Of a stretch of DNA of 64,000 nt, positions 18,136 to 28,214 are shown piece by piece. The DNA is from an uncultured Acidimicrobiales bacterium (lineage in GTDB: Bacteria > Actinomycetota > Actinomycetes > Mycobacteriales > QHCE01), in NCBI GenBank assembly GCA_963736285.1, contig CAVTOA010000003.1, positions 281,652 through 345,651 on the forward strand, written 5' to 3'. Numbering within the stretch: the stretch's first letter is position 1; each line of letters begins with the position of its first letter. Position numbers and translations under genes: made by a program. A model generated the notes under the pieces. That model did no database searches. It saw only the letters and a program-made list of their open reading frames with translations, and was not told where the DNA came from.

Positions 18136-21100
18136 GTGGAATTCCCCATCACTTTCGTGGACTCTTGCGGCGATGAGCATGACCTAACTATCTCTGCGGC
18201 TCACACCACGACTGCGCAGGCCCTCGTGGAAAAGCTTCGCGAAATCGACCCGGACGCCCGCATCGACCGGCTTTACCATCCACAAGGACAATTGCGGGCC
18301 ACCCAGCGCATAGGAGAGCCACCCCTCATAGCCGGAATTCGACTCCAGGCCATGCCCGTCGTCTCGTCACGTGAACCGTCTACTACAGACAAGAAGCGTC
18401 AACGCCTCACCCTCACGGCTTCCCAGGACTTAACCTGTTCTCAATATCCTCCTCATGGCTCGCTACTGCTCCATGTCATAGCAGGACCAGACAGCGGCCA
18501 GGTACACCCGCTCACAAGCCGTAGGGCTACCACAGACAAAGCCCGGAAGTCGACTTCTACATCAGACAATTCGCGCAGCATCACGGTTGGCCGCAGCGAT
18601 TGCGCCGACGTTTCAATTGAAGACCCAGATGTATCGAGTCTTCATGCAAAGATAACAATTCGACCCGGATCTCTGCAGCTATCTGACTTGGGCTCAACCA
18701 ATGGCACGACGTTACAGGGAAGAGCCATTGATGGGCCTGTTGAGCTGTGGCCAGAACAGGTTATTCGGTGCGGCGGAAGCTTATTTGTAGTCTCGACATC
18801 GACATTCCCACCATTGCAACTCAGACCAAACCGCTCTGGCTTTTTGATGCTTGGAAGGCCACCTAGGGTCACTCCTCGCCATGTGCCTCCGGAGTTCAGT
18901 TTTCCTGCTCCCCCAATATCCCCACCTCGCACTCCCATACCGTGGCTATTGGTGATTACACCTTTGCTGATCGGAACTGCCTTCTATTGGATTAGTGGAG
19001 CATTACATGGCGATGGCGCGTACTTTCTTTTGCTCACTTTCCTCTCTCCTCTCATGGTTTTTCTCGGTGGACTAACCGACAAGATTGCTCGGTTTAAGGC
19101 TCACCGAAAAGCAATGTTGCGGCACAATCACGTTGTCGCCGATATAACGCAGGGGATAGCTGCTGCGGTCAGCGACGAGCAACAACGGCTGAGAACCGCA
19201 TTTCCCAGTCCCGCCTTACTCTTCCTCGTGATCTGTCACAGAAATTCGCGCCTGTGGGAACGGCGGCCGCGGGATCACGACAACCTGGTGCTTAGGGTTG
19301 GAACAGCAAACCTCCCCTCCGGACTGCGGATTCATGGAGAAACTGGCAACCGCACTCGCCAGCCGGTGAGCTTGCTTGCCTCACACCGGAAACCTCGGGA
19401 GGCACCCTCTCGAACCCTGGCAAGCGTGCCGGCCACGGTGCCACTCCGTGACGTGGGTGTGTTCGGAGTAGCAGGGCCGAGCCGCCTCGGAGTGGTCCGC
19501 TTCCTTGTCGCGCAACTGGCCGGACTCCACCACCCCAAAAATCTTCGCCTAGTGCTACTGGCAAATAACGACGCACCACAGCGCTGGAAATGGTTTCGGT
19601 GGTTGCCACACGCTGCCACCTCTGGCTCTCATCCGAATGGAGCAACCTTCCACATAGGACTATCGCCAGCTCAAAGGAACAGCAGAGTCGGCGAGCTTGG
19701 ATCGCTCATCACGGAGCGCATTTCCCACGACCCAGAAACGCTCCGGCAGCCAAACCATCACGGGCTCGTAGTGCGGCCAAATTATGTCGTGGTAATCGAC
19801 GACGCTGACCTGCTAAGAACCGAGGAAGGCGTTGCTCGCTTACTCATCGACGGCCCGCGTGTTGGAGTCTATGTGATCTGCCTCACCGAAGATTCGCTGC
19901 GCCTTCCTGAAGAATGCGATGCAACTCTGATCACTACTAATGCACCGGGCGAAGGTGCGACCCTACAGATCCGAAATCAGGCGACTCTATCGTCGATCAC
20001 CACCGAGTCTGTATCCCCAGATTGGACGGACACCATTGCGCGCGCATTGGCTCCACTCCACGACGCGGCCCCTGAAGAGGACCACCTTGACCTACCGCCC
20101 CAAGTCTTCCTAGAGGCGTTCTTGTCAGAGATTCACGCCAGGCACCGCGTTTACGTTGAAGCGCGCACCCCTTCCCGCAGACACTGGTCCAAAGCTCATC
20201 AGTCGCATGTCGAGCCATTAGTGCCGGAGAACGTGCACCAGCATTGGCTCGATAAGCCACGCTCATCGCTTGTTCCGGTCGGCATTGGCTCGGCCGGAAC
20301 GGTCGCTATCGACCTCATAAAAAACGGTCCACACGCTCTGATCGCAGGAACGACAGGGTCAGGAAAGTCGGAACTTTTGCAAACCATCATCCTTGGATTG
20401 GCCCTGGGTAATCACCCTCACGAGCTTTCTTTCATACTCATTGACTACAAAGGTGGCGCGGCTTTTTTCGAATGCGACGACCTGCCACACACGGTTGGGC
20501 TTGTCACCGATCTCGACAGTCAATTGACGAGACGTGCTTTGTCCTCGCTTCGGGCGGAGCTACGAAACCGGGAAAAAATCCTCGCGGCTCACCAGATGAA
20601 AAACCACGAAAGCTACTGCATCGCACGCGACCAGGCCTCGCCGCATACACAACCGCCCCGCGCTCACACTTCTACCTGGCCTCACATGGCCCGTCTCGTC
20701 ATCGTTGTCGACGAGTTTGCCGCACTGGCTCAAGAACTCCCTGAGTTCATCACAGGGCTTGTCGACATAGCGCGACGCGGACGTTCTCTAGGAGTGCACC
20801 TCATCCTCGCAACTCAACGTCCTGCGGGCGTGGTTTCGACGGAGATCCGTGCGAACACCGCGCTCCGAATGTGCCTGAGAGTGAACGATCCAGCTGAAAG
20901 TAGCGACGTCATCGGGGCAGTCGATGCCGCTCAACTCAGTCACACGCGGCCTGGTCGTTGTTGGATCCGGACCGGCAATACGTTGCAGCAGGTACAAGTT
21001 GCCTACGGCGGTGTCACTCCCCCCGTCGCCACAAGTGCCTCAGATGTCGACATAAGACATATGCCGTGGGAGGCGCTAGGAGACTCCTTGCAGGAGTTCA

Positions 21101-22824
21101 GCTCGTCGGGCCTCGCAAACGAAAGGGAGGCGGACGCCACTCGAATTGTGTCCACTCTTCGGCTTGCCGCAGCGCCTATCGCACCTCTGCCAAGCCCGTG
21201 GCTACCACCGCTTCCTCGCTTGATCACTCTTACTGAGCTGCTGACTTATTCCGGGAGGCCGCATTCACGCCCCGACTCCATCGATCGCGAGTCTCGGTGG
21301 TGCCTGGCTCCTGTTGGCTTACAGGACATACCTGACGAGCAACGGCGTGCTCTCTACGGACTGTCTCTACGCGGCTCTGTGAGATCCCCCGCCAGCCAAG
21401 ACGGCACCCTATCCAGTGCAGTGCCACTACCTGCGGCAACGAGCGCAGGTGGACCGTCAGATGCGGTGCACCACATCATGTTTGTTGGCGGACCGCATAG
21501 CGGGAAGACATCTGCGTTACGAATGCTGGCAGTCAGCGCCGCACAGTTTGCGACGCCCGAAGAGATGCAGATCTACGTGCTGGACTGTGCAAACGGCGAC
21601 TTGGCTGACCTCGAATATTTGCCCCATTGTGCTGGCATCGCCCACCATCTAGATCTGGAACACGGCGAGCGTTTGCTATACAGCCTGGCAAAAAACACAT
21701 CAACGATCGCGCCGGCAGACCGCCGTGGCGACAAGCCGGCAAAGATACTTCTGATCGACTCTTGGGAGGGTTTCTCTGAAAGCTATGGGTCTGTCGGCCA
21801 TGGTGAGCTCATGGACCTGCTTGGCCTCCTCTTGAGGACCGGTCCGTCCGCCGGAGTGCGGGTGGCAATAACAGGCGGCCGCGCTCTGGCAACAGCTCGG
21901 TTTGCAAGCCACATCACTGAGCGACTCATCCTGCCCTTCGCTGATGTGGACAGCTACTGTTCCCTCGGAGTCCCGAAAGACCAGATCCCCACCAACCCAC
22001 CCCCTGGCAGAGCTTTACGCATGGGTAGACAGATTACCGAAATTCAGCTCGCCGCCACCCAGGCAGTGCCACAGGCCGATCAACGCTCCCAAAAGGAGCT
22101 CGGACCCCGACGAATGATGCCCCTGCCTCAGCACGTAAGACTAGAGGAGCTTGAGCCCCAAGTAGAGCGAGCTCCTCACGCGGCGACACCTGCCGTAATT
22201 TTGGGCATCGGTGGTGAATACGCCCAACCGTTCCAGATAAACTTCGACGACATTACCTCCGGATTGTTGGTGGTCGGTCCACCAGCAAGTGGGCGTACAA
22301 ATACACTTCGGCTCTTTGCACACGCTGCCAGTCAAGCAGCTCGCCAATTTTTTGTCATTTCTTCCCAGAAAACAGAATGGCAGCTGGGGCAAGCGGATAT
22401 ACAACACTCCTATGTGGCCTCTCACCGAGAACCAACGGATGGCCATTGCTTCAGTACAAGCGGCATAGCCGAGCTGGAAAACGCCTTGAAAACGCAAGCG
22501 ACCAAACCCGCGATCATTATCGTCGACGACGCTCAACAGCTCCTGGACACTGAAATGGGAGAACGGCTGTCCACCCTCGCACGAACCGGTGAGCACACAG
22601 TGATTGCGAGTGTCGCCACAGAGGACTTACATAACGCTTTTCGGGGACTCATTCACGAACTACGACGCGCCCACACCGCACTTCTGTTATGGCCCAAGTA
22701 CCACGATGGCTCTCTCTTCGACCTGCAACTAAGTCGCGCAATTGGCCTGCGCTACCCAGGGCGTGGGCTCTACATCGCGCGCGGAAACGCCACACCCATA
22801 CAGCTCGCCCGCATAGGAAGCTGA
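18136..22824 (+). CDS. FHA-domain FtsK/SpoIIIE-family (EssC/EccC-like) membrane ATPase with four P-loop-type domains
   Basis: 1562 aa. FHA-like segment (ITVGRSDCADVSIEDPDVSSLHAKI...GSTNGTTLQG) and two TM helices (IPWLLVITPLLIGTAFYWISG, YFLLLTFLSPLMVFLGGL). One degenerate P-loop domain (GVAGPSRLG ... VVVIDDAD) is followed by Walker A GTTGSGKS with IVVDEF, GGPHSGKT, and GPPASGRT with IIIVDDAQ. Confidence 0.85.
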   Translation: MEFPITFVDSCGDEHDLTISAAHTTTAQALVEKLREIDPDARIDRLYHPQGQLRATQRIGEPPLIAGIRLQAMPVVSSREPSTTDKKRQRLTLTASQDLTCSQYPPHGSLLLHVIAGPDSGQVHPLTSRRATTDKARKSTSTSDNSRSITVGRSDCADVSIEDPDVSSLHAKITIRPGSLQLSDLGSTNGTTLQGRAIDGPVELWPEQVIRCGGSLFVVSTSTFPPLQLRPNRSGFLMLGRPPRVTPRHVPPEFSFPAPPISPPRTPIPWLLVITPLLIGTAFYWISGALHGDGAYFLLLTFLSPLMVFLGGLTDKIARFKAHRKAMLRHNHVVADITQGIAAAVSDEQQRLRTAFPSPALLFLVICHRNSRLWERRPRDHDNLVLRVGTANLPSGLRIHGETGNRTRQPVSLLASHRKPREAPSRTLASVPATVPLRDVGVFGVAGPSRLGVVRFLVAQLAGLHHPKNLRLVLLANNDAPQRWKWFRWLPHAATSGSHPNGATFHIGLSPAQRNSRVGELGSLITERISHDPETLRQPNHHGLVVRPNYVVVIDDADLLRTEEGVARLLIDGPRVGVYVICLTEDSLRLPEECDATLITTNAPGEGATLQIRNQATLSSITTESVSPDWTDTIARALAPLHDAAPEEDHLDLPPQVFLEAFLSEIHARHRVYVEARTPSRRHWSKAHQSHVEPLVPENVHQHWLDKPRSSLVPVGIGSAGTVAIDLIKNGPHALIAGTTGSGKSELLQTIILGLALGNHPHELSFILIDYKGGAAFFECDDLPHTVGLVTDLDSQLTRRALSSLRAELRNREKILAAHQMKNHESYCIARDQASPHTQPPRAHTSTWPHMARLVIVVDEFAALAQELPEFITGLVDIARRGRSLGVHLILATQRPAGVVSTEIRANTALRMCLRVNDPAESSDVIGAVDAAQLSHTRPGRCWIRTGNTLQQVQVAYGGVTPPVATSASDVDIRHMPWEALGDSLQEFSSSGLANEREADATRIVSTLRLAAAPIAPLPSPWLPPLPRLITLTELLTYSGRPHSRPDSIDRESRWCLAPVGLQDIPDEQRRALYGLSLRGSVRSPASQDGTLSSAVPLPAATSAGGPSDAVHHIMFVGGPHSGKTSALRMLAVSAAQFATPEEMQIYVLDCANGDLADLEYLPHCAGIAHHLDLEHGERLLYSLAKNTSTIAPADRRGDKPAKILLIDSWEGFSESYGSVGHGELMDLLGLLLRTGPSAGVRVAITGGRALATARFASHITERLILPFADVDSYCSLGVPKDQIPTNPPPGRALRMGRQITEIQLAATQAVPQADQRSQKELGPRRMMPLPQHVRLEELEPQVERAPHAATPAVILGIGGEYAQPFQINFDDITSGLLVVGPPASGRTNTLRLFAHAASQAARQFFVISSQKTEWQLGQADIQHSYVASHREPTDGHCFSTSGIAELENALKTQATKPAIIIVDDAQQLLDTEMGERLSTLARTGEHTVIASVATEDLHNAFRGLIHELRRAHTALLLWPKYHDGSLFDLQLSRAIGLRYPGRGLYIARGNATPIQLARIGS

Positions 22825-22896
22825 AGGAAAAACCGCGCATGGTGGAGCGGAAGAAACAAAAAGACGTGCCAGCGACCCCGATTCCAGATGGCAGTG

Positions 22897-24537
22897 TTAC
22901 CCCATGTGGGGATACCGATAGTCGACGGGGGGAACAAACGTCTCCTTAACGACCCTCGGTGAGACCCATCGCAACAAATTGAGCACGCTTCCCGCTTTGT
23001 CGTTTGTTCCGCTTGCCCTCGCACCACCAAACGGCTGCTGACCTACAACTGCCCCAGTCGGTTTGTCATTGACATAAAAGTTGCCTGCTGAAAACCGCAA
23101 TATTTCACTCGCTCGACTCACCGCATGTCGGTCGGTGGAAAAAATGGAACCAGTGAGCGCGTACTTGGCAACATGTGCTGCCTGCCGAGTAACGGAATCG
23201 AAGGATGCATCGTCATACACAAATACGGAGAGAATCGGCCCAAAGTACTCAGTGGTAAAGACATCGTTGCCTGCCTCGTTACACACCACCACGGTAGGAC
23301 GCACAAAATAGCCCACGCTATCGTCCGTTAACCCGCCAGCACGTACCGAACATGCGGTGTCCGATTTGATGCGTTCCATTACGGTGGACAATCGGTCGAA
23401 AGACCTTCTGTCGATGACCGCCCCACCAAACTGAGTGAAGTCAGCGACATCACCGTAAGGAAGTCCCTCGGCTGTGGCTACCAGCTGATCACCCAGGCCG
23501 CCTTCCCACATCGACCGTGGCACATATGCACGTGAGGCCGCCGAGCACTTCTGCCCCTGATATTCGAAGGCACCCCGAACTAATGCGGTGTGAACCGCCA
23601 TCGGATCCGCACTGGGATGCGCGATCACGAAGTCTTTCCCGCCTGTCTCACCCACAAGACGCGGATAGGTGTGATAGCGGTCAATCTTTTGCCCAACGGT
23701 GCGCCACAAGTGTTGGAAGGTTCGGGTCGAGCCAGTGAAATGTATGCCCGCCAAGCTGGAATGAGCCAAGGCCACTCGCGACACCGCTTCACCATCGCCG
23801 GTGACCATATTGATCACTCCAGGTGGTAGCCCTGCGGCCTCCAGCAATCGCATCGTGTAATGCGCGGCCAGCTGCTGAGTAGGTGACGGCTTCCACACCA
23901 CAGTGTTGCCCATCAGCGCTGGAGCCAGCGGTAGATTGCCGGCGATTGCGGTGAAATTGAAGGGGGTGATCGCCAAGACAAAACCTTCAAGAGGGCGATG
24001 ATCGAATTGGTTCCATACTCCTGCCGAAGACCGGGGCTGCTCGGTGAGGATTTTCTGTCCAAACGCGACATTAAACCGCATAAAATCGATCAGCTCGCAG
24101 GCAGAATCGGCCTCTGCCTGAATAACGGTCTTGGACTGGCCGAGCATAGTTGTGGCATTTAACACATCACGCCAAGGACCCGCCAGCAAATCGGCGGCAC
24201 GCAAAAGCACTGCGGCACGATCCCCAAACGATGTGGAACGCCACCCGGGTGCGGCGGACAAAGCGGCATCGATGGCTTTAGCAACATCCGAATCCGTGGC
24301 CTGCCTCAATGTCCCTAAGACATGACGATGATTATGCGGCTGTACCACGGAGACTTGTTCGCCTTCGCCGATCAGCTCTTGGCCACCAATGGTATGGGTC
24401 AGCCGCATCTCGCGATCGGCATGAGCGGCCAGGGCGTTGACTAGCGCCGCACGTTCAGGGCTGTCTGGTGCGTAGTCCCGCATCGGCTCGTTCGTGGGTT
24501 CAGGAACGGCTAGCAATGCGTCCATCGAATGAGGCAT
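22897..24537 (-). CDS. pruA: L-glutamate gamma-semialdehyde (1-pyrroline-5-carboxylate) dehydrogenase
   Basis: 546-aa aldehyde dehydrogenase. VGETGGKDF and QGQKCSA catalytic Cys region. Length and sequence fit actinobacterial PruA/RocA. Confidence 0.85.
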   Translation of the reverse strand: MPHSMDALLAVPEPTNEPMRDYAPDSPERAALVNALAAHADREMRLTHTIGGQELIGEGEQVSVVQPHNHRHVLGTLRQATDSDVAKAIDAALSAAPGWRSTSFGDRAAVLLRAADLLAGPWRDVLNATTMLGQSKTVIQAEADSACELIDFMRFNVAFGQKILTEQPRSSAGVWNQFDHRPLEGFVLAITPFNFTAIAGNLPLAPALMGNTVVWKPSPTQQLAAHYTMRLLEAAGLPPGVINMVTGDGEAVSRVALAHSSLAGIHFTGSTRTFQHLWRTVGQKIDRYHTYPRLVGETGGKDFVIAHPSADPMAVHTALVRGAFEYQGQKCSAASRAYVPRSMWEGGLGDQLVATAEGLPYGDVADFTQFGGAVIDRRSFDRLSTVMERIKSDTACSVRAGGLTDDSVGYFVRPTVVVCNEAGNDVFTTEYFGPILSVFVYDDASFDSVTRQAAHVAKYALTGSIFSTDRHAVSRASEILRFSAGNFYVNDKPTGAVVGQQPFGGARASGTNDKAGSVLNLLRWVSPRVVKETFVPPVDYRYPHMG

Positions 24538-24597
24538 GCCATCATCCTGGCACGCTCTCCGTTTTCCGGGGAGGCCTGCGCGTTTTCCGATCTCTCC

Positions 24598-25308
24598 CTA
24601 CCGAGAGGCTGGCGCCACCACATCAATGCCCTTTAGAGCACTGACAGCGCTCGGGTCAGCTAACGACGAAACTAGTAAATGCGCCGGAAGACGCACACCC
24701 TCTACAGAGGGTGCACCGATTACGAACAAACCCGCAGACTTGGCCGAACTCACACCCGGTTGCGAATCTTCAATAGCGATGGCCCATTCTGGTTCCACAT
24801 TGAGTTTTTGGCAGGCAAGCAGATACGGATCCGGCGCCGGTTTTGACGCCAATACATCGTCCGCACCGATCACTACGTCGAACGCGTCCCACAGCCCCAC
24901 GCCGCTCAACGCCCGTTGCACAAAACGTCGAGATGAATTCGAGGCCACCGCCATAGGTACCATGCCGTGCAACGATTTCACCAGCTCAAGCACTCCGGGC
25001 ATGGCCACAACATCGTGTAACTGACGCTCTGTCATGGCATATAGCCGAGCCAACAACTCCCTACCCTGACCGGGCATTTCCAACAACCGCTCCAAAATAT
25101 GAAGGGTCTGTTCTGCCGATTTCCCCAGCACCTCTTGCTTATGCTCTGGTCCAAATACTTTGCCGAACTCCGCAAACAATGCCACTTCGGACTTGGAAAA
25201 CAACGCTTCGGTGTCTACCAACACGCCATCGCAATCGAAGACAATGGCTCGTGGGGGGCATGGGGGTCGTCTATCGCTAGAAATTGTGAGGACACCCGGA
25301 TCACTCAT
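24598..25308 (-). CDS. HAD-superfamily hydrolase
   Basis: Motif I DCDGVLVD, and a later AIEDSQPG motif. Start set at the Met whose ATG overlaps the upstream stop (TGATG). ORF track extends to 25359. Confidence 0.8.
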   Translation of the reverse strand: MSDPGVLTISSDRRPPCPPRAIVFDCDGVLVDTEALFSKSEVALFAEFGKVFGPEHKQEVLGKSAEQTLHILERLLEMPGQGRELLARLYAMTERQLHDVVAMPGVLELVKSLHGMVPMAVASNSSRRFVQRALSGVGLWDAFDVVIGADDVLASKPAPDPYLLACQKLNVEPEWAIAIEDSQPGVSSAKSAGLFVIGAPSVEGVRLPAHLLVSSLADPSAVSALKGIDVVAPASR

Positions 25309-25811
25309 CAGTTTGTCTCCAGCGAGAGCAATTGGTCCACTTCGGATATGTCGTACCACTCCAACTCGTACTCGTCGGCGGAATCGACAGTAAACTCCGC
25401 GTCCGGATCGCCTAGCTCGGCTGGCAGCACCGCACGCACCGCCGCGTCAATCGTGGTCTGTGCATCTTCGCCGTCTATGTGGACGCATGCGGCTGCGGAG
25501 TAAGGAATCTTTGTGTTCACCCGCACGACCGAACGATCTAAATCGGCTCGTTCTGCTACGTGCTCACTGTCTACATCGACTGAAACCACCACACGCCGAC
25601 GTGCGGCGCCCGAATCAGCGTCAAGCAACCTCAGCGAAGCCCTCGCAGCATCGAGGAAAGCCGCGTATTCCAATTCGTCGATGTCGTTATCTGGGTACCA
25701 ATCACGCGTAGCGGAGGTGACAGCGAATCCGGTGACCGGAACAGGGCCTAAAGCGCCATCATTTTTAAATCCCCGCAGCCCTTGAATCGTTGTTGGTAAG
25801 TAGACGCGCAC
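25308..25811 (-). CDS. conserved actinobacterial hypothetical protein
   Basis: 167-aa acidic ORF, translationally coupled to the HAD gene. No family recognised. Confidence 0.55.
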   Translation of the reverse strand: MRVYLPTTIQGLRGFKNDGALGPVPVTGFAVTSATRDWYPDNDIDELEYAAFLDAARASLRLLDADSGAARRRVVVSVDVDSEHVAERADLDRSVVRVNTKIPYSAAACVHIDGEDAQTTIDAAVRAVLPAELGDPDAEFTVDSADEYELEWYDISEVDQLLSLETN

Positions 25812-25867
25812 TATGCCCCCATCAATCGCCTGCTCGAGCGGCTCATTATGCCGAACTGCTCTGACAT

Positions 25868-26905
25868 TTAGACCCTCACGCTAGCGAGCTGCTGGCGAAG
25901 TAGCCGCAATGACGTTTCCTGAGCCACCTCGATAACGAGAGACCTACGCGACACGTCCATCAAGTTCGCCCCCATCGCCGTCAGATCATCCAAACCCGGG
26001 CACAGTACGTATACCTTGGCGCCGCTCCTTATGATGTGCTCCATCTCTCGACGCAAACGCCGCGTCACCGAACGCCTCCATCGACGCTCAAGACGTGCCA
26101 ACATTCCTGTCGGTGAATCCAATGCAAAGGCCGCCAGCGGTGCTACTACATAGATCTCATCCAGATTCTCTTGTGCGAGCAAATCTGCTGACGTCGACGA
26201 ATACATTCCGCCATCGACGTAACGTCGCCCATCAATGTCGACCGGTGTAAACCAGCCAGGAATGGCACACGAGGCTCCGACCGCCGCCGGCAACGAGGGA
26301 AACGGCGAGCCAGCTCGCCCGAATGCCACTCGCTCGCCAGAGTCGTAATTCATCGCCACTATCCACAATGCGGGATGCGGCGCCCATGTGCGTTGTGGAC
26401 CCAGGGCCAGTTCAACGATGTCCTCGATCGGCGCCAGAGAACCACGCCCAAGGGGCAACAGTGCCGACAGGGCCGCACGCGGCGTAATGCTTCGAGGATT
26501 GCGCAAAGCCGTGAGCAACAGCCTCATAGAACCCGGGCGCAAATGAGGCCGGCTAGGGCGTGGACGTCCTCCGTTGAGCTCATCGTTGTAGTCGATGAGG
26601 AAGTCGCCCGGCGCGGGCGCACCCATCTGTTGACGCAACATCATTGGCACTGATATGCCGCAGCCCAGCACGGATCCCACAAGTGCGCCAGCTGACGTGC
26701 CGACGATGATGTCGACTTGCCGGCAGTCTAAGCCCGTGGATTTTTCTAACGCGGCCAGCGCCCCTACCATCCAGGCATACCCGAGAACACCTCCACCGCC
26801 GAGGACAAGACCGCGCCGTACTTGATCTCCGTCTACCACGGTCTCATCTTCCCCCTCGTCACGACGGTTGCGCGGAAAGGCGCCGCCTTTCCTGGCTGCT
26901 GCCAC
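25868..26905 (-). CDS. patatin-like phospholipase
   Basis: Oxyanion GGGGVLG, nucleophile elbow GTSAG and catalytic DGG motif. Confidence 0.85.
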   Translation of the reverse strand: MAAARKGGAFPRNRRDEGEDETVVDGDQVRRGLVLGGGGVLGYAWMVGALAALEKSTGLDCRQVDIIVGTSAGALVGSVLGCGISVPMMLRQQMGAPAPGDFLIDYNDELNGGRPRPSRPHLRPGSMRLLLTALRNPRSITPRAALSALLPLGRGSLAPIEDIVELALGPQRTWAPHPALWIVAMNYDSGERVAFGRAGSPFPSLPAAVGASCAIPGWFTPVDIDGRRYVDGGMYSSTSADLLAQENLDEIYVVAPLAAFALDSPTGMLARLERRWRRSVTRRLRREMEHIIRSGAKVYVLCPGLDDLTAMGANLMDVSRRSLVIEVAQETSLRLLRQQLASVRV

Positions 26906-28175
26906 CGGACATCAGTGCCGGGGATCCGACCAATGACTCGGCAATCTGGGCGAGACGCACCCGAAGACGAGATTCTGGCGCTACCTCTGCAAGGGTTCGC
27001 CCTACCGCCACCGCTCGATCCGCCGCCAGCTGATCGTGAGGCAATTGCTGCGCATTAATGACTCCCGCATACCGCTTTAGCGCAGCCATTACCTCCTGCT
27101 CCGGATCGCCGGGGACCACACCACGGCGGGTCTTATTAACCACCACGTGGCGTGTCGTATCGGGCACTATCCCCGCTAACTCGTCCAGACCCCGGATCAG
27201 CCTGCCCATGCCCACCGGATCAGCCGCTCCGACCGCCACCACAATGTCAGAAGAAGCCAAAGCCGCCAATGTGGCTCCATTACGTCTAGGTGCCATAGTG
27301 TCGTAGGACAGTTCTTCGTCTGTCTCTAAGCAAAATCCGCAGTCGATGACAGTGAACGCAGCAAGCTCCCGCGCTCGAGCCAGCACCGCCATCAACGAAT
27401 CCGGACGCAGCTCCACCCACCTCTCAGGTCGCGTAATTCCCGTCAAAACCCTCAACTGAGGATGGATAGCCCTGGCCAAGCCGGCGAGTGCTGGTATGTC
27501 TAGCGCACCATTATTGGCCAAGTGAGCTGCGGCAGCGATGCCCGGCGCCTCGTCCAGCATGCTAAGCATTTGGGCAATCGTCCCCCCATAAGAATCCGCA
27601 TCTATCAGTAATGTCGGAACGCCCAATCGAGCGGCTTCATCCGCCAATCCGATTGCCAGAGTGGTACGGCCGGGTGCACCGGTCGGACCCCACACCGCTA
27701 CTACTCGTCCCGGTGCCGCAGGTGAAATTGGACCACGGTTGTCCGCAGGTAGAGACGCTGAAAAGAGAGCCGCTCGAGGGTCGGCTGGCATGTGTCGCGC
27801 AGACGAAGGCCGCATTTGTGCCGCACCCCGAATAAGAGCTTCTGCCACAAGCGCTGCTGGAGATCGCAAAGGCAAGACCTGCGTCAGACCCAGTTGACGT
27901 AGCCGCCGCTCCCCCGCTTCGTCGTGTGCATCGACCAGCCCCACGATGGCGACGCCGGCCGCATATAGCCGAGTGAGTATCTCGTGATCGAGATGTCGAA
28001 GGTCCGCGGAGAGCAAGGCCGCACGCGCAACGCCGACCGATGCCGTGGCTAGAAGATCCGCAACGTCAGCACATCTGCGCACTACGGCAATCCCATGCTC
28101 GGCTTGACCCAGTGCGGTGACCAAGGCAGCCTCGAGCTCGGCATTAGTGACGGCGGTCAGTACTGGCAAATCCAT
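26859..28175 (-). CDS. CpaE/TadZ- or Ssd-like ParA/MinD-family ATPase
   Basis: N-terminal receiver-like domain followed by the deviant Walker A VVAVWGPTGAPGRTTLAIGLA. Resembles M. tuberculosis Rv3660c in its tad context. Confidence 0.75.
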   Translation of the reverse strand: MDLPVLTAVTNAELEAALVTALGQAEHGIAVVRRCADVADLLATASVGVARAALLSADLRHLDHEILTRLYAAGVAIVGLVDAHDEAGERRLRQLGLTQVLPLRSPAALVAEALIRGAAQMRPSSARHMPADPRAALFSASLPADNRGPISPAAPGRVVAVWGPTGAPGRTTLAIGLADEAARLGVPTLLIDADSYGGTIAQMLSMLDEAPGIAAAAHLANNGALDIPALAGLARAIHPQLRVLTGITRPERWVELRPDSLMAVLARARELAAFTVIDCGFCLETDEELSYDTMAPRRNGATLAALASSDIVVAVGAADPVGMGRLIRGLDELAGIVPDTTRHVVVNKTRRGVVPGDPEQEVMAALKRYAGVINAQQLPHDQLAADRAVAVGRTLAEVAPESRLRVRLAQIAESLVGSPALMSGGSSQERRRLSAQPS

Positions 28176-28214
28176 AACTCTGGCCTTCTTCGTTTAATTT
28201 GCGGTCTTGATCGC

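Noticed and set aside
18136-22824. A complete type VII secretion locus, or a conjugative TraB-type DNA translocase of an integrative element.
   Set aside because: No WXG100, EccB/D/E, EssA/B or mycosin gene is present, nor any relaxase, replication or integrase gene. TraB-type proteins have a single ATPase domain and are much shorter.
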